From: a virus
Taxonomy: Duplodnaviria; Caudoviricetes
Virus record (IMG/VR): IMGVR_UViG_2061766007_004032
Direction: 5' to 3' (one strand)
Length of the DNA stretch: 64,000 nucleotides
Position numbers and translations under genes: made by a program. Each line of letters opens with the position of its first letter. Within the stretch, counting starts at the first letter, position 1. The notes beneath the pieces were generated by a model. That model did not search any database. It worked only from the letters and a program-made list of their open reading frames with translations, and was not told the DNA's origin. This document shows, piece after piece, positions 23,145 to 32,858 of this stretch.

Positions 23145-23723
23145 ATGTCAACCGAGAAAATAAACCAGGCTCTGGGAATCGAGTCCATAGACTCGTTCCT
23201 TTCGTCGCTGAACGTGGACGACGAGAAGATAAGACAGCTCGACGACATCGATACCCAGGTGAGGGGAGACGTTGAGAAAATAGACAAACAGATTTAGAAC
23301 TTCAAGGAATCCGGGATTCAGGGGGTGAACCTGGACGACATAGACAGCTCACTCAGGCACATAAACGAGCTGATTGAGATTTCGAAGGACACGATACGGT
23401 TCGTCTACAACCAACTCACCGACTCGGAACTGGTGGATTCGGAACTGGTCTCGAGCTTCTCGAAGCTCTTGGAGGCGGTCCACATCCAAATCCAGGAATA
23501 CATAAGCCTGTACAAAGACCGCCAGAGCTTTTACTACAAGGTGAGGCTGGCGGCGATAAACCACAGCAACAAGCTCGAACAGATAAGGCTGAAACACAAC
23601 CTGGATTTGGAAAAAATAGAGAAAATCAGGAAAAAGGGCGACAGCGTGGACGTTGAAAACCGGTACACCTATTCACAGGAAGACCTGATAAGCGAGCTCG
23701 ACAAGATGGAGCAATCGCTCTGA
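23145..23723 (+). CDS. helical hypothetical protein, possibly small terminase-like (1 TAG read through)
   Basis: 192-aa frame from ATG 23145; coiled-coil with SQEDLISEL tail; functional guess is weak. Confidence 0.55.
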
Positions 23724-23730
23724 AAAGCCG

Positions 23731-24810
23731 TTATCCCTCGCCGCCGTCGGGGAAGGGATATTCCCAATCGCGATTAACGTCGCCGCCGTTGATATGCATC
23801 AGGTCGTCGCTGATGTTGTCGATGAGGTCGATTCTCCCGTCGACGAACTCCCTCAGACCGCGAACATGGTCCGCGTCGACATCGGTTATCGTGGAAATAT
23901 TGTCCTCTATGTAGGTACAGAGATAACTGTCCAGACCGACAACATCCGACGCGCCGACACTGACCATAGTAGAGACATTTGCCTCGATGAAATCGCTGAG
24001 GTGCTGGTCAAGTCCGGAAACCTGGTCCACGCTGATACTGAGGTCACCCGTCACCGTCTGGTCAATGAAGCTCTCCAAACCGACAACGTCCTCCGCCTTT
24101 ACCTTCATACCATAGGCAATGCACTCCAACGGGATGGAGACCTTCCGTCTCTGGTAATTTTTACAAATACCGTTAAAATCCACTCTGGGGTGGGGGTTAA
24201 AAACATGCTTTCCACCAAAAAATGGCGGTTTCGGCATCGGGTACGGCTAGAAAGACGAGTACTCGGAAAGGAGCCCATACCCATAGTCGCACATGTGCGG
24301 TCTATATACTCCGTCCGGACGTTTCGGGGGGCAACCGTTACCCCCCGGGTTCCTAAAATTTTCAAAAAGGACAAAATTTTCGGGATTTGTGCAAATAAGG
24401 TCTGAACGAGTTGAACCGTTGTAATATTGGAGTCTACGTTTGTCCATGTCCTGTTTACAGAAAACACAGTTGAAACAACAATCCGGGTTTATTTTTTCGT
24501 AATGTATTCTCTTAGCGTAAGACTCTATATCGTCAACCGGGTTGTACTGGAGTGTGACCACCGAATTGTAGTTGGCTACATTCCGCTCAAACTCTCTACA
24601 AGCGTCCTTCAGAAGAATATAGTCGTCTGAAACGTAAATCGGGTCTTCATCTACATCGTTGTAAACCCTAACGGTATACACGTACACGGTTTCCATTGAT
24701 GGGAGGTCTTTTACACTCTTTTCCAATGAGACTGTATACTTTATTTCGTTCTTGTAGTTTTTTATCTCGACAGTCTTCTGAGTTTCTTGAATTCTCGTTC
24801 TGCGTTTCAT
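23731..24810 (-). CDS. late hypothetical protein with CCxxCxxC motif and DVxGL repeats (1 TAG read through)
   Basis: TAG 24247 joins two ORFs; ATG 8 nt after GTAAATA. Confidence 0.65.
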
Positions 24811-24831
24811 ACTGGGATTATTTACAAAAAG

Positions 24832-24861
24832 AAAAAGCCCGGATTTCTCCGGGCTTTTTTT
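24832..24861 (-). terminator. intrinsic terminator after major capsid gene
   Basis: AAAAAGCCCGGA-TTTC-TCCGGGCTTTTT. Confidence 0.85.
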
Positions 24862-24887
24862 ATCAGACTTGTCGTCCAATGCCTTTA

Positions 24888-26453
24888 TCAAGCAAACACG
24901 GTACCGTTCTTCACGGTCGTGTACGGCTGGATGAACTGGCGTTCGCCGTTTGCCCAGTTGTACGGGGAGGTCAGACCCTCGACCATGATGTAGTGGTAGT
25001 AGTTCTTGGCATCCCAGACGCTGTTCATGATGCCGTAACGGGTGCGGGCACCAATCCGAGGGGTCATGGTGAACGGGTCGAGAACGCGTTGCAACTGCAC
25101 CGGGACGTACGGGCAGTAGATGATGCCGTTGTCGGCGGGGTGTGCGCCCTTGTAACCCATGACGATGTAATCGCCGACCGCGAACACGTCGCGGACCAGA
25201 AGTTGCTGACCGTCGTTCAACAGACCGACCTTAGTCAACGCGCCGACGCCGGAATCCGGAACGCTCGGTGTATTCTTCGAGTTCTGGAATGAGACGAACT
25301 TTTCACGGCTCATCTGCTCGAGCAACGCGCAGACGCGAGGCGAAGTCACGACGAAGTTGGCGTGACCGCGACGGGTGCGGATGGCAATCTGGTTGGCTTC
25401 GATGGTAATCTGGGTCAACAGGGTCTGCAAACGTCCCATCTGGTCGAGGCCGTCCGCATACGCGGGGTTCCATGCGGTGACGGAGCCACCGACGATGGCG
25501 GTCTTCACCATCTCGGTGATGAGCTGACGGTCGATTTCCGCGCCGAGCTCGTAGGAAACCAGCTTCACGAACTCAGACTCAACGTCGAAGTTGTGGATGG
25601 CATCCATGTCCTCGGCCAGTTCGGGAGACCAACCAGCACCGAGCTTACGGGTCTTCGCCTCAACCATGGTCTTGAGGAAGTCGAAGCTCACGGTCGGATA
25701 CGAACCGTCCAAGAACGAAGCGTATTCGGAAGCGGTTCCGACTTCGCGACCCTGACCGGTCCAAGGCTTCAGGCCGTCGGTGCCGAGATAGGCTTTCCAC
25801 GCGGCTTCCTTGGTGGGAACGGTGGCTCCGCTGACGGTCTCGCCGGTGAACTCGATTTGGTCGGGGGCGTTCTCGGAGGTCAGCGAGGTCAGGTTGGTCA
25901 GTTCAACGCCGGTGTACCGGGTGTCGGTCGGATTGAAGCCGATTTCGGTCTCGGGAAGTGCCACCTTGGGTTGAAGTTCCGGACGGATGGTGTTGCCCAG
26001 CCAGCCGTCGGAGCCGTACTTGGCGCGGTACGCCAGAGCGTAGCCCACGGGACCGTTCATCGCCTGGACGCCGACCAGCTCATGCGCGATGAGGGACGGG
26101 AACAGACGGCGGACCATCGGCATGATAGCGTTAGGCAGATAGTAGTCGCCGTAATTACCACCCCTGGCGATAGCGTCGCGACCAAAATCGCCCTTCATGA
26201 AGCCGGTAGAATACTTGCCGTTCTTAGAGACCGGACGCGGCTCGCCCAGCGGGCGCGGAGCACCAGCCGCCATGCCGACGCCGGTGGCCTCGGTCAGTAT
26301 GCCAGCGTTTACGAATTCGCGGGCGGTGTTCTCAAGCAACTGCGAGAGGGACTTCTTGACCTCGAAGCTCTGAACCTTCTCGGCTCCGGCTTCGACGATA
26401 GGTGCCCAGCGTCTCATCACAGTTTCGATGTCTTCAATAACTCTCTTAGCCAT
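24888..26453 (-). CDS. gp23: major capsid protein, T4 gp23-like
   Basis: MVRRLFPSLIAHELVGVQAMNGP, VEAKTRKL..WSPELAEDMDAIH, IIYCPYVP and PRIGARTRYG motifs. Confidence 0.97.
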   Translation of the reverse strand: MAKRVIEDIETVMRRWAPIVEAGAEKVQSFEVKKSLSQLLENTAREFVNAGILTEATGVGMAAGAPRPLGEPRPVSKNGKYSTGFMKGDFGRDAIARGGNYGDYYLPNAIMPMVRRLFPSLIAHELVGVQAMNGPVGYALAYRAKYGSDGWLGNTIRPELQPKVALPETEIGFNPTDTRYTGVELTNLTSLTSENAPDQIEFTGETVSGATVPTKEAAWKAYLGTDGLKPWTGQGREVGTASEYASFLDGSYPTVSFDFLKTMVEAKTRKLGAGWSPELAEDMDAIHNFDVESEFVKLVSYELGAEIDRQLITEMVKTAIVGGSVTAWNPAYADGLDQMGRLQTLLTQITIEANQIAIRTRRGHANFVVTSPRVCALLEQMSREKFVSFQNSKNTPSVPDSGVGALTKVGLLNDGQQLLVRDVFAVGDYIVMGYKGAHPADNGIIYCPYVPVQLQRVLDPFTMTPRIGARTRYGIMNSVWDAKNYYHYIMVEGLTSPYNWANGERQFIQPYTTVKNGTVFA

Positions 26454-26479
26454 TTTTCTTTATCCTTTTGTTCTTTGGC

Positions 26480-27466
26480 TTAGTTTTTCGGGGTGATGCG
26501 TTCAAGGATTTCAATCCAGTTCTGCATCATCGACTCGGTGATTTTCACCTCGGCATCCTCTTCGTCAGCCTCGGGTTCCTCTTCCTCACCTTTGTCGGCG
26601 GTCCGAACCGGAATGTTTTCCGTATTTCCCTTTTCCTCATCACCGGTCTTTTCGGAAGTTTCTACCTCGTTCTTTTCCAGAATGTCGGCTATCGCCTCCT
26701 CCAAGTTCTTTTCTTCCTGAATCTGGTCCGCCTCGCGGACAACCTCTTCGTGCACAGACTCAAGGATTTTCTTGAAATTCTTCTCGTCCTCGACCTCTCT
26801 CAAAGACAGTTTCGAAAGGATTTTCCTCGCTTTCCTGGACTCGGCTATCGGAAGGTTCTTCGTCTTTTGCTTGATGATTCCCCTCTTAACGATTTCCTGA
26901 TACCCGTTGGAAAGCTTGTCGGTTTTTTCCGCGGCTTCTTTGAGGATTCTCTTGTATTTACTGACCTGTTTCTTCAGGTCTTCGTTTTCGCTCATCAGCT
27001 TCTCGTCGCGCTCGTCTCTGAGCTGGCTGATTTTCTCCTCGGCGTCGCCGACAACCAGCATCTCCTTTAGCGACTCGAGCAACTGCTCCTGCTTCTGCAT
27101 CCGCTTGTAATCAACGATTTCCTTCTTCGGAAGCACTTTCTCGATGTGTTTTCCGAGATACTTGTCGACGGACTCGATTACGAGGTTGAGGTCCTTCTTG
27201 CGGTCAATCTCGTTCGCCTTCTGAAGAATCATCTTCTGCTTCCTGGCGATGCTCTCGAAAATTTTCCGGAATTCCGCCTCGTTCTGTTTTTCGACAACCT
27301 TCCGGGTCGCCTCTATAGCCCGGTCCCTGGTCTCCGCCAGTTTGGTCTGGAGGTCCAGCATGAACGTGTCCAGACTCTGCTTTTGCGACTCGGTAAGCTT
27401 TACTCCGGCTTGTTCAAACGCCGCGAGCAAGTTGTCGTAGCTTTTTCTTAGTGATTTAATCGTCAT
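26480..27466 (-). CDS. prohead core/scaffold protein, gp22-like
   Basis: Charged coiled-coil directly upstream of capsid gene, VDKYL motif, many hydrophobic-x-ES sites. Confidence 0.8.
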   Translation of the reverse strand: MTIKSLRKSYDNLLAAFEQAGVKLTESQKQSLDTFMLDLQTKLAETRDRAIEATRKVVEKQNEAEFRKIFESIARKQKMILQKANEIDRKKDLNLVIESVDKYLGKHIEKVLPKKEIVDYKRMQKQEQLLESLKEMLVVGDAEEKISQLRDERDEKLMSENEDLKKQVSKYKRILKEAAEKTDKLSNGYQEIVKRGIIKQKTKNLPIAESRKARKILSKLSLREVEDEKNFKKILESVHEEVVREADQIQEEKNLEEAIADILEKNEVETSEKTGDEEKGNTENIPVRTADKGEEEEPEADEEDAEVKITESMMQNWIEILERITPKN

Positions 27467-27567
27467 GATAAAAATCCTATGGTGTGCTTTCCGATTGAAG
27501 TTATTTACGGCTTATTAACAAAAACGGCGTCAAAAAACGCCATTTTTGTTAAAAAATTTTGATTTTT

Positions 27568-29460
27568 TTATCCTAAACCGAGCGGACGCTCCTCGTTTTC
27601 GCCCTCTTTGGGGGCTTCGGGGGGTTCTTCGCCGGGTTCCGGTGCCTCGGGAACCTCGGGCGGTCCCTCTTCCTCCGGAGCCGCGCCCCCTTCCCCGCCA
27701 CCCTCTGTCGGCGTCTCTTCGTCGCCGGAAAGGCGAATCGGGGACTTGAAGTCGAGCGGTCTGTTCTCGTCGGAAATCCTGTCGGCATAGTAATCGGCGA
27801 GTGCGACCAGCTGTTTCTCCTTGATGAGGTTCAGGAAGTTCTGGTCGATTTGCTCGTCGGTCATCTTCAGAATCCGTTTCATCGCGTCGATTTTCGAAAG
27901 CTCGTCTTGGTCGACAACGGACTTGTATGTATCCATCATCGCGGTTACCTTTTTCTGCGTCTGGTAGAGGTCGTAAAGAATCGGGGCGTTGAAATCGATG
28001 CTGAAGTCGGACTCCTTCATCTGATAGGTTTTCCAGAGCCCGACGAGTTTCAGATGGGTGATGAAGCTCCTCTTCAACCCCATAGCCATCTTTCTCTGGA
28101 TTCGGATGACCATTCTCGCCATCGAATATTCCTCGTAAGAGATGGTTTCGTCTCGCTCGAGTGAGTTTTCGGGTGCCTTGTACCTCGAGAACGGGACTTT
28201 AAACGCCTTGAAAAGCCCCCTCAGGAAGAACTCTATGTCCGCGATTTGCTCGTAGTCTGCCGTTGAGCCGACGGATTCTATGGTTGTGCCGTCGTTGGCG
28301 TTCGATTTCCCGAAAAAGTATGTTTCGAGCATCGAAACCGGGTTGTAAACGCTGGTGATGTCTCTCTGCCCGTCGCCGTTGTGGTCGGTCGGCGTGACGA
28401 TTCTTTTTGACTTGAGGTCATTGGCGAAGTTTTTCAGCCTCTGGCGGGCGATTTTGTCCGAGACTCCCCCGGTGTTAATGTTGAACAGTAGCCGTTCCGG
28501 GGCTCTGGTCACGCGGAGAATGACTGCCGCGTCTTTCATCAGGGCAAGCTGGTGGTACGGCTCGCGGCAGTTTTCCATAATCGGGTAGGTTATCAGACCG
28601 TCCTCGGAGGTCTCGCCGAAGGAAATGTAGGTTAACTGCGGCCACAGAAGCGGGATGAGGTTGTTGATGTTGAAGTCGACCATCGGCTGGGGGTTGACCA
28701 TGTTGTTAAACACACACCTCGAGCCGAGACAACTGCTGGAGACGATTTGCTTGAGGTCGACGTTGAGCTGTTCCTTATTAAAGACGATTCCCATCGTCTT
28801 GATGCTGTGCCCGTTGACAATCGTGTCGTAATACTCTGTCGGGAGATACTTAACGCCTATGATTCCGAGCTCTGGTTTATCGGGATTGATGATGTTCTCG
28901 TACGCGAGCTCCCCCTCGACAAGAAGCTTCTTCACCATCCAGAAGGAATCGTCCTTGAACTTGAACAGTTCGATAAACTTGTCGAACTGAAGCTGTAGAA
29001 TGGTCCGCTTCTCGGAGTCGAGGTGTTTTTTGTTGGTCGGGATGGTGAGGCGTATGGACTGCCCGGTCTCGTCCTCGTGGAGAACGTCGTCCGCGATTTC
29101 GGACAGGCAGAAATTGCACTCGGAATACCGCGCCATTGCGCGGTACTGCCGTATTCGCTGAGGCTTGTTGGTGAAAACCGGGACGGCTTGAATCCCGTCG
29201 AAAACCGAGGTGTAATAGTCGTTGGTCTCGAAAACTTCGTCGTCCGGCTGGTATCTCGTGACGACGGACCTTCTGTCGATTATGTCTGCTATGTTGTTCT
29301 ATGCGTTGGAAAACACCCTCAGATTGGGGTTCTTACGTTCGGCTTCCGCGCCGAACGGCCCGCCGTTTTCCTCATCGGGCTACGGTTGGACAAACCGACC
29401 GTGGTTAATAGACTTATTTTTATTGCTGTTCCTGTATCTTCTAAACAGAGTCTCAAACAT
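27568..29460 (-). CDS. gp20: portal protein, T4 gp20-like (2 TAG read through)
   Basis: RIRQYRAMARYSE, LMKDAAVILRVTRAPERLLFNI, DIEFF..LFKAFKVPFSR; N-terminus restored through TAGs at 29380 and 29299. Confidence 0.93.
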
Positions 29461-29482
29461 AATCGTACCTTAACGGAAAAAT

Positions 29483-29509
29483 CCCACGGGGGACTTTTCC
29501 CTCCGTGGG
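29483..29509 (-). terminator. hairpin, probable terminator
   Basis: CCCACGG...CCGTGGG stem followed by a T run on the minus strand. Confidence 0.65.
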
Positions 29510-29520
29510 TTAGAAAAATA

Positions 29521-30210
29521 TTAGGCTACCGAAGGCGAGGTCAGTTTTTCGTTGGGGAGCTTCGCCCCGGCTTCAGCCATCTGATTCCAGAAAAACGTGT
29601 TCACGTAGGCGGGTGTCACGTCCGTTCTGGTTGCCAATTCGCTGAGCTTGCGGTTCAGTTTCTGCCAAAACCCGGTGTTTACCTAAACCACGAGAGTGAG
29701 CGGGGTTTTATCGTCGGTTAGGCAGTCGAATATGACCTCGGTTTCCTGTGCCCCCTGGTTTACTTTTTTCGGCTAGGGGCTCAGGTCGCGGTACTTGTTT
29801 ACTTCAAAGTTTTTTTTTAAGTCTTCCTCTTCAGACTCGTCACACTCTTCGCCGTCGCATTCCTAATCGGAGCATTCCCCATCGGCGCACTCTTTTCCGG
29901 ACTCGGAAACCTCGGACTTAATTTGGGCGGTAACACTCTTAATCAAGCTGGAATCCGCGTTCGGGACCGACTCGTCGCACATCTCTACGGTTTCGTCTTC
30001 GGTCTCGTCGCCCGTGGTCTCGGCGATTTCCCCGTCCGGGGGGATGTCCTCTTCTTCTTCGTCGATGTCGATGTCTTCGCCGTCGATGTCTTCTTCATCC
30101 ATGTCGGTGTCTTCGCTGTCGATTGCCTCGCGGAAGCATTCGTCGGAAAAGCGGTCTTCGTTAATCATTTTGACCCAGGCGTTCATGGTCGATTCGGAAA
30201 TAAAGCTCAT
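29521..30210 (-). CDS. acidic putative internal head protein (3 TAG read through)
   Basis: 229-aa frame ending TAA; N-terminal ISESTMNAWVKMINE; GTAAATA upstream. Confidence 0.7.
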
Positions 30211-30255
30211 AAGAAAATCCTTCTGTTGAAATACTTTAAATTATTTACGAATTTT

Positions 30256-30531
30256 TCAGCGGACGGCTTTTCCGTCCCGTATGAACCTTATCCTTTCCAG
30301 ATAATCCTCGTCCGTCATTTCCGAGACCGGCTTTCCGTCTTTCGAGACCGCCGAGCTTTCCGAAATCAAAACGTTCCTTTCGGTTGGTTTCCTTCTCGAC
30401 TCGGCGACCGCGGTACGGTTCCCGGACTCGAGGACCTTCCTTATTTTGGAAAGCTCGTCGGCTATGCTCTTCAGCTCCGCGGCGATGGTTTTAACGTAAG
30501 ATACCAGAGTCACTTCGTTGGTGTTGGCCAT
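30256..30531 (-). CDS. small hypothetical protein
   Basis: 91-aa ORF with VLES/VAES/ISES sites. Confidence 0.65.
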   Translation of the reverse strand: MANTNEVTLVSYVKTIAAELKSIADELSKIRKVLESGNRTAVAESRRKPTERNVLISESSAVSKDGKPVSEMTDEDYLERIRFIRDGKAVR

Positions 30532-30534
30532 TTT

Positions 30535-30729
30535 TTATCCCCCAATCACTTTCTTGGCTTTCGGCTCTTTCAGCGGGACCGGGGCAAAAGAGGTCAGGTC
30601 GTCCGAAACCCACAGCTTCCTGTCCGTGTCGTAATAATAGAAATTCACCTTTCTCGACAGCTTATCCCAGTCCAAAAAACCCTGGAACTTCTTACCGTCC
30701 GAGACTCTGACCATTGTCACTATATTCAT
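30535..30729 (-). CDS. small hypothetical protein
   Basis: 64 aa from ATG 30729 (MNIVTMVRVSDG); its ATG is part of the TTCAT target of the adjacent element. Confidence 0.65.
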   Translation of the reverse strand: MNIVTMVRVSDGKKFQGFLDWDKLSRKVNFYYYDTDRKLWVSDDLTSFAPVPLKEPKAKKVIGG

Positions 30730-30984
30730 AATATCTTGGCGAAGGAAACGCAACCATCTTTAGTGGTTGCGATGAATTCGCCACTCCTCTTCATCTAATA
30801 TTATACGGCTTTATGCTGTCTTGTATCAATCAGTACTGAATCGGGAATCAACGCCTGCGGAGTTGAAGGCTCTGATTTTGGATGTCGAACATCCAAGATG
30901 AAACCATCGACATTGAAGCAGGAAAATCCGAGGGAAGTTCAACCACCCTCAATCTCAACGGTCTTCAGCCGTTGAGCAGTTGAA
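30730..30984 (+). mobile_element. 255-bp non-autonomous IS200/IS605-family mini-element (no tnpA/tnpB)
   Basis: Left-end hairpin CGCAACCA-TCTTTAG-TGGTTGCG with guide GAAA at +16..+19 and target TCAT; right-end hairpin CTCAACGG-TCTTCAG-CCGTTGAG with guide CAAT at -35..-32 and end TGAA; removing it restores an SD and an ATGA gene overlap. Confidence 0.85.
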
Positions 30985-31000
30985 AATTTCTCCGTATTTC
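30843..31000 (+). ncRNA. putative TnpB omega-RNA (reRNA) scaffold plus flank-derived guide
   Basis: Nested stems CCTGC/GCAGG, GTTGAAGG/CCATCGAC, ATTTTGGATGT/ACATCCAAGAT, GAGGG/CCCTC and terminal hairpin; TCAAC 30848-30852 complementary to GTTGA 30979-30983; boundaries approximate. Confidence 0.7.
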
Positions 31001-32198
31001 TCGCGGAATCCCCCGCTATGAGGAGTGAAACCAACAAATTCGCGGCGTATCCGCACAAAATCAGAACCATAACCGGGAAGAACCCGCTAAACCTGCCCAG
31101 AACGAACGTCGAGCAGAGATAGGCCATCAATGAGGCCATTCCCCACGAAGTTAAACAGAAGCCGTGCCTTTGGGACAGTGTGTCCTTACCGTACCGGCTC
31201 TCGAGGACGCTCGGGAGGACGGCGAAAGCCGCCCCGTACCCGGAGTGGACCAAAATCACGGCAATCGCGGCGGGAACCGCCATCCACCCGATTCCGAAGG
31301 AGAGGAGAATCGGTGCCATGAGAAGAATTTCGAACGCGACAATCGAAACCGTGATTTTCGACCGGTTTTTCAGAAAATCGCTGACCGCCGGGAAAACGAG
31401 ACGCCCGACGCCGTTGAAAATCCCGCACAGCATCATCACGGTTATGACCGCTTCCCCGGAAAGACCCATCTCCCTGAGAACGCTCGCACAGGAGCCGATG
31501 AGAATCAGTCCCATGGAAATGTTCAGGAACATAAAGAGCCAGGTTTTCCCGAAGAACCCGCTTTTAAGCGTGTCGATGTACGAAAACGGGCTTTTTTTCT
31601 GCCTTTTAAGCTTCAAAAGGGCGTATTTCGGCTTGTTGATGAGAAAAGCGGAAAGAAACGCCGGGACAGAATAAATCGCCGCGAGGGAATAAAACATTCC
31701 GGAAATTCCCGCCTTCGGGAAAAGGGTTCCAAAAAGCCACGAGCAGACGGCGGAGCCGAGACCGAAGGTGAAAATCGAAATCGCGGAGAGAATCCCCTTA
31801 TGTTTGGTGGCCGGGAACCAGAGAATCATGTTCTTGTTCGGGGTGACGTATCCGCACCCCTCCGCGGTTCCGGCGAAAAACCCGCACCCAAGGTACATCA
31901 ACCAAATGTTTTTCAGCTGGCAGGCGAGACCGCCGAGAGCCAGACCGACAACAAGAAGCGTCGCGGAAACGGTCGCCGCAAGCCCGATTCTCTTTTCGAC
32001 GAGCGGACCGAAGGTGGCCGCGCCCATCCCGAGGAAGAATATGTTCAGGCAGAACGTGAACTGGGCGGATTTTACCGAACAGCCGATTGCCTCGGCGATA
32101 TGCGGCGTAAAAAGACTCCACGCATAGCAGAACCCGATGCAAAGGGTTAAAAGAACGCAGGGGATTACGGATTTCGAAAGCTTGTACAGAAGTTTCAT
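30939..32198 (-). CDS. MFS transporter, oxalate/formate antiporter (OFA)-like
   Basis: About 12 hydrophobic segments; IGFCYAWSLF, GYVTP....ILWFP and IFNGVGRL motifs. Confidence 0.88.
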   Translation of the reverse strand: MKLLYKLSKSVIPCVLLTLCIGFCYAWSLFTPHIAEAIGCSVKSAQFTFCLNIFFLGMGAATFGPLVEKRIGLAATVSATLLVVGLALGGLACQLKNIWLMYLGCGFFAGTAEGCGYVTPNKNMILWFPATKHKGILSAISIFTFGLGSAVCSWLFGTLFPKAGISGMFYSLAAIYSVPAFLSAFLINKPKYALLKLKRQKKSPFSYIDTLKSGFFGKTWLFMFLNISMGLILIGSCASVLREMGLSGEAVITVMMLCGIFNGVGRLVFPAVSDFLKNRSKITVSIVAFEILLMAPILLSFGIGWMAVPAAIAVILVHSGYGAAFAVLPSVLESRYGKDTLSQRHGFCLTSWGMASLMAYLCSTFVLGRFSGFFPVMVLILCGYAANLLVSLLIAGDSARNTEKFSTAQRLKTVEIEGG

Positions 32199-32250
32199 TC
32201 AATATTACCCCTCTTTTCAACTTCTTCTTTTATGTCTATGGTCTTCATTT

Positions 32251-32841
32251 TTAACCCTTTTTAAATATTTCATCGTACTTTTCTTTTATGAATTCTTTAA
32301 CAATGAATAGAAGACAATATCGCCGGTGTTGCTCGTTGAGATAAAACGGGACTGTCATCAACGTATTTTTCAATTGGGAACCGAGCTCTTTTTCCTTCCA
32401 TATATTCCAGACAAATCTCCCCCCGTAATAAACCCCGACCGCGCCGGGAAGCGGGGATTGCAACGGCTTTCCAATTTCTACCGGAATGTCCACGGAAATT
32501 CTACCCAAAAAGAAATCGTCGGTTTCAACCACAAATCTGGTCTCTACGCTCTTTTCCTTGATTTCGGAAATCAATTCCGAAATCTCGCCCACGTTGGTTA
32601 TCTCCCAAGTGTTAAAAAACACGGATTTTTCGTTTTTAAACACGTACTTTTCTTTGGAACGGTCATACTCAAACACCCGCACCCTGGGAAAATACTCAGA
32701 CTCCGTGGATTGGAAAAATTCCTCAATCCTCTCTTTTGCCGCCTCCAGAGAGTGTGTCATAAAGATGGTTTCGTCCCAATGGGCGCAATGCGGGTCATCC
32801 TCGTTCTCAGAGACGACGGAATAAAGGGTGGGTTTGTCCAT
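32251..32841 (-). CDS. hypothetical protein
   Basis: Start MDKPTL 7 nt after TATAAT; upstream part of the track ORF overlaps polB and is spurious. Confidence 0.7.
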   Translation of the reverse strand: MDKPTLYSVVSENEDDPHCAHWDETIFMTHSLEAAKERIEEFFQSTESEYFPRVRVFEYDRSKEKYVFKNEKSVFFNTWEITNVGEISELISEIKEKSVETRFVVETDDFFLGRISVDIPVEIGKPLQSPLPGAVGVYYGGRFVWNIWKEKELGSQLKNTLMTVPFYLNEQHRRYCLLFIVKEFIKEKYDEIFKKG

Positions 32842-32858
32842 AAAGAATATTATACTTT

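Noticed and set aside
30868-30910. Hammerhead ribozyme (CTGA...stem...GAAA)
   Set aside because: The core lacks CUGANGA, and the segment is better explained as part of the IS605-type omega-RNA scaffold.
30985-31002. Second target of the putative guide elsewhere in the window (partial matches near 15170 and 43452)
   Set aside because: Only about 12-nt matches with no adjacent TTCAT motif; compatible with chance.
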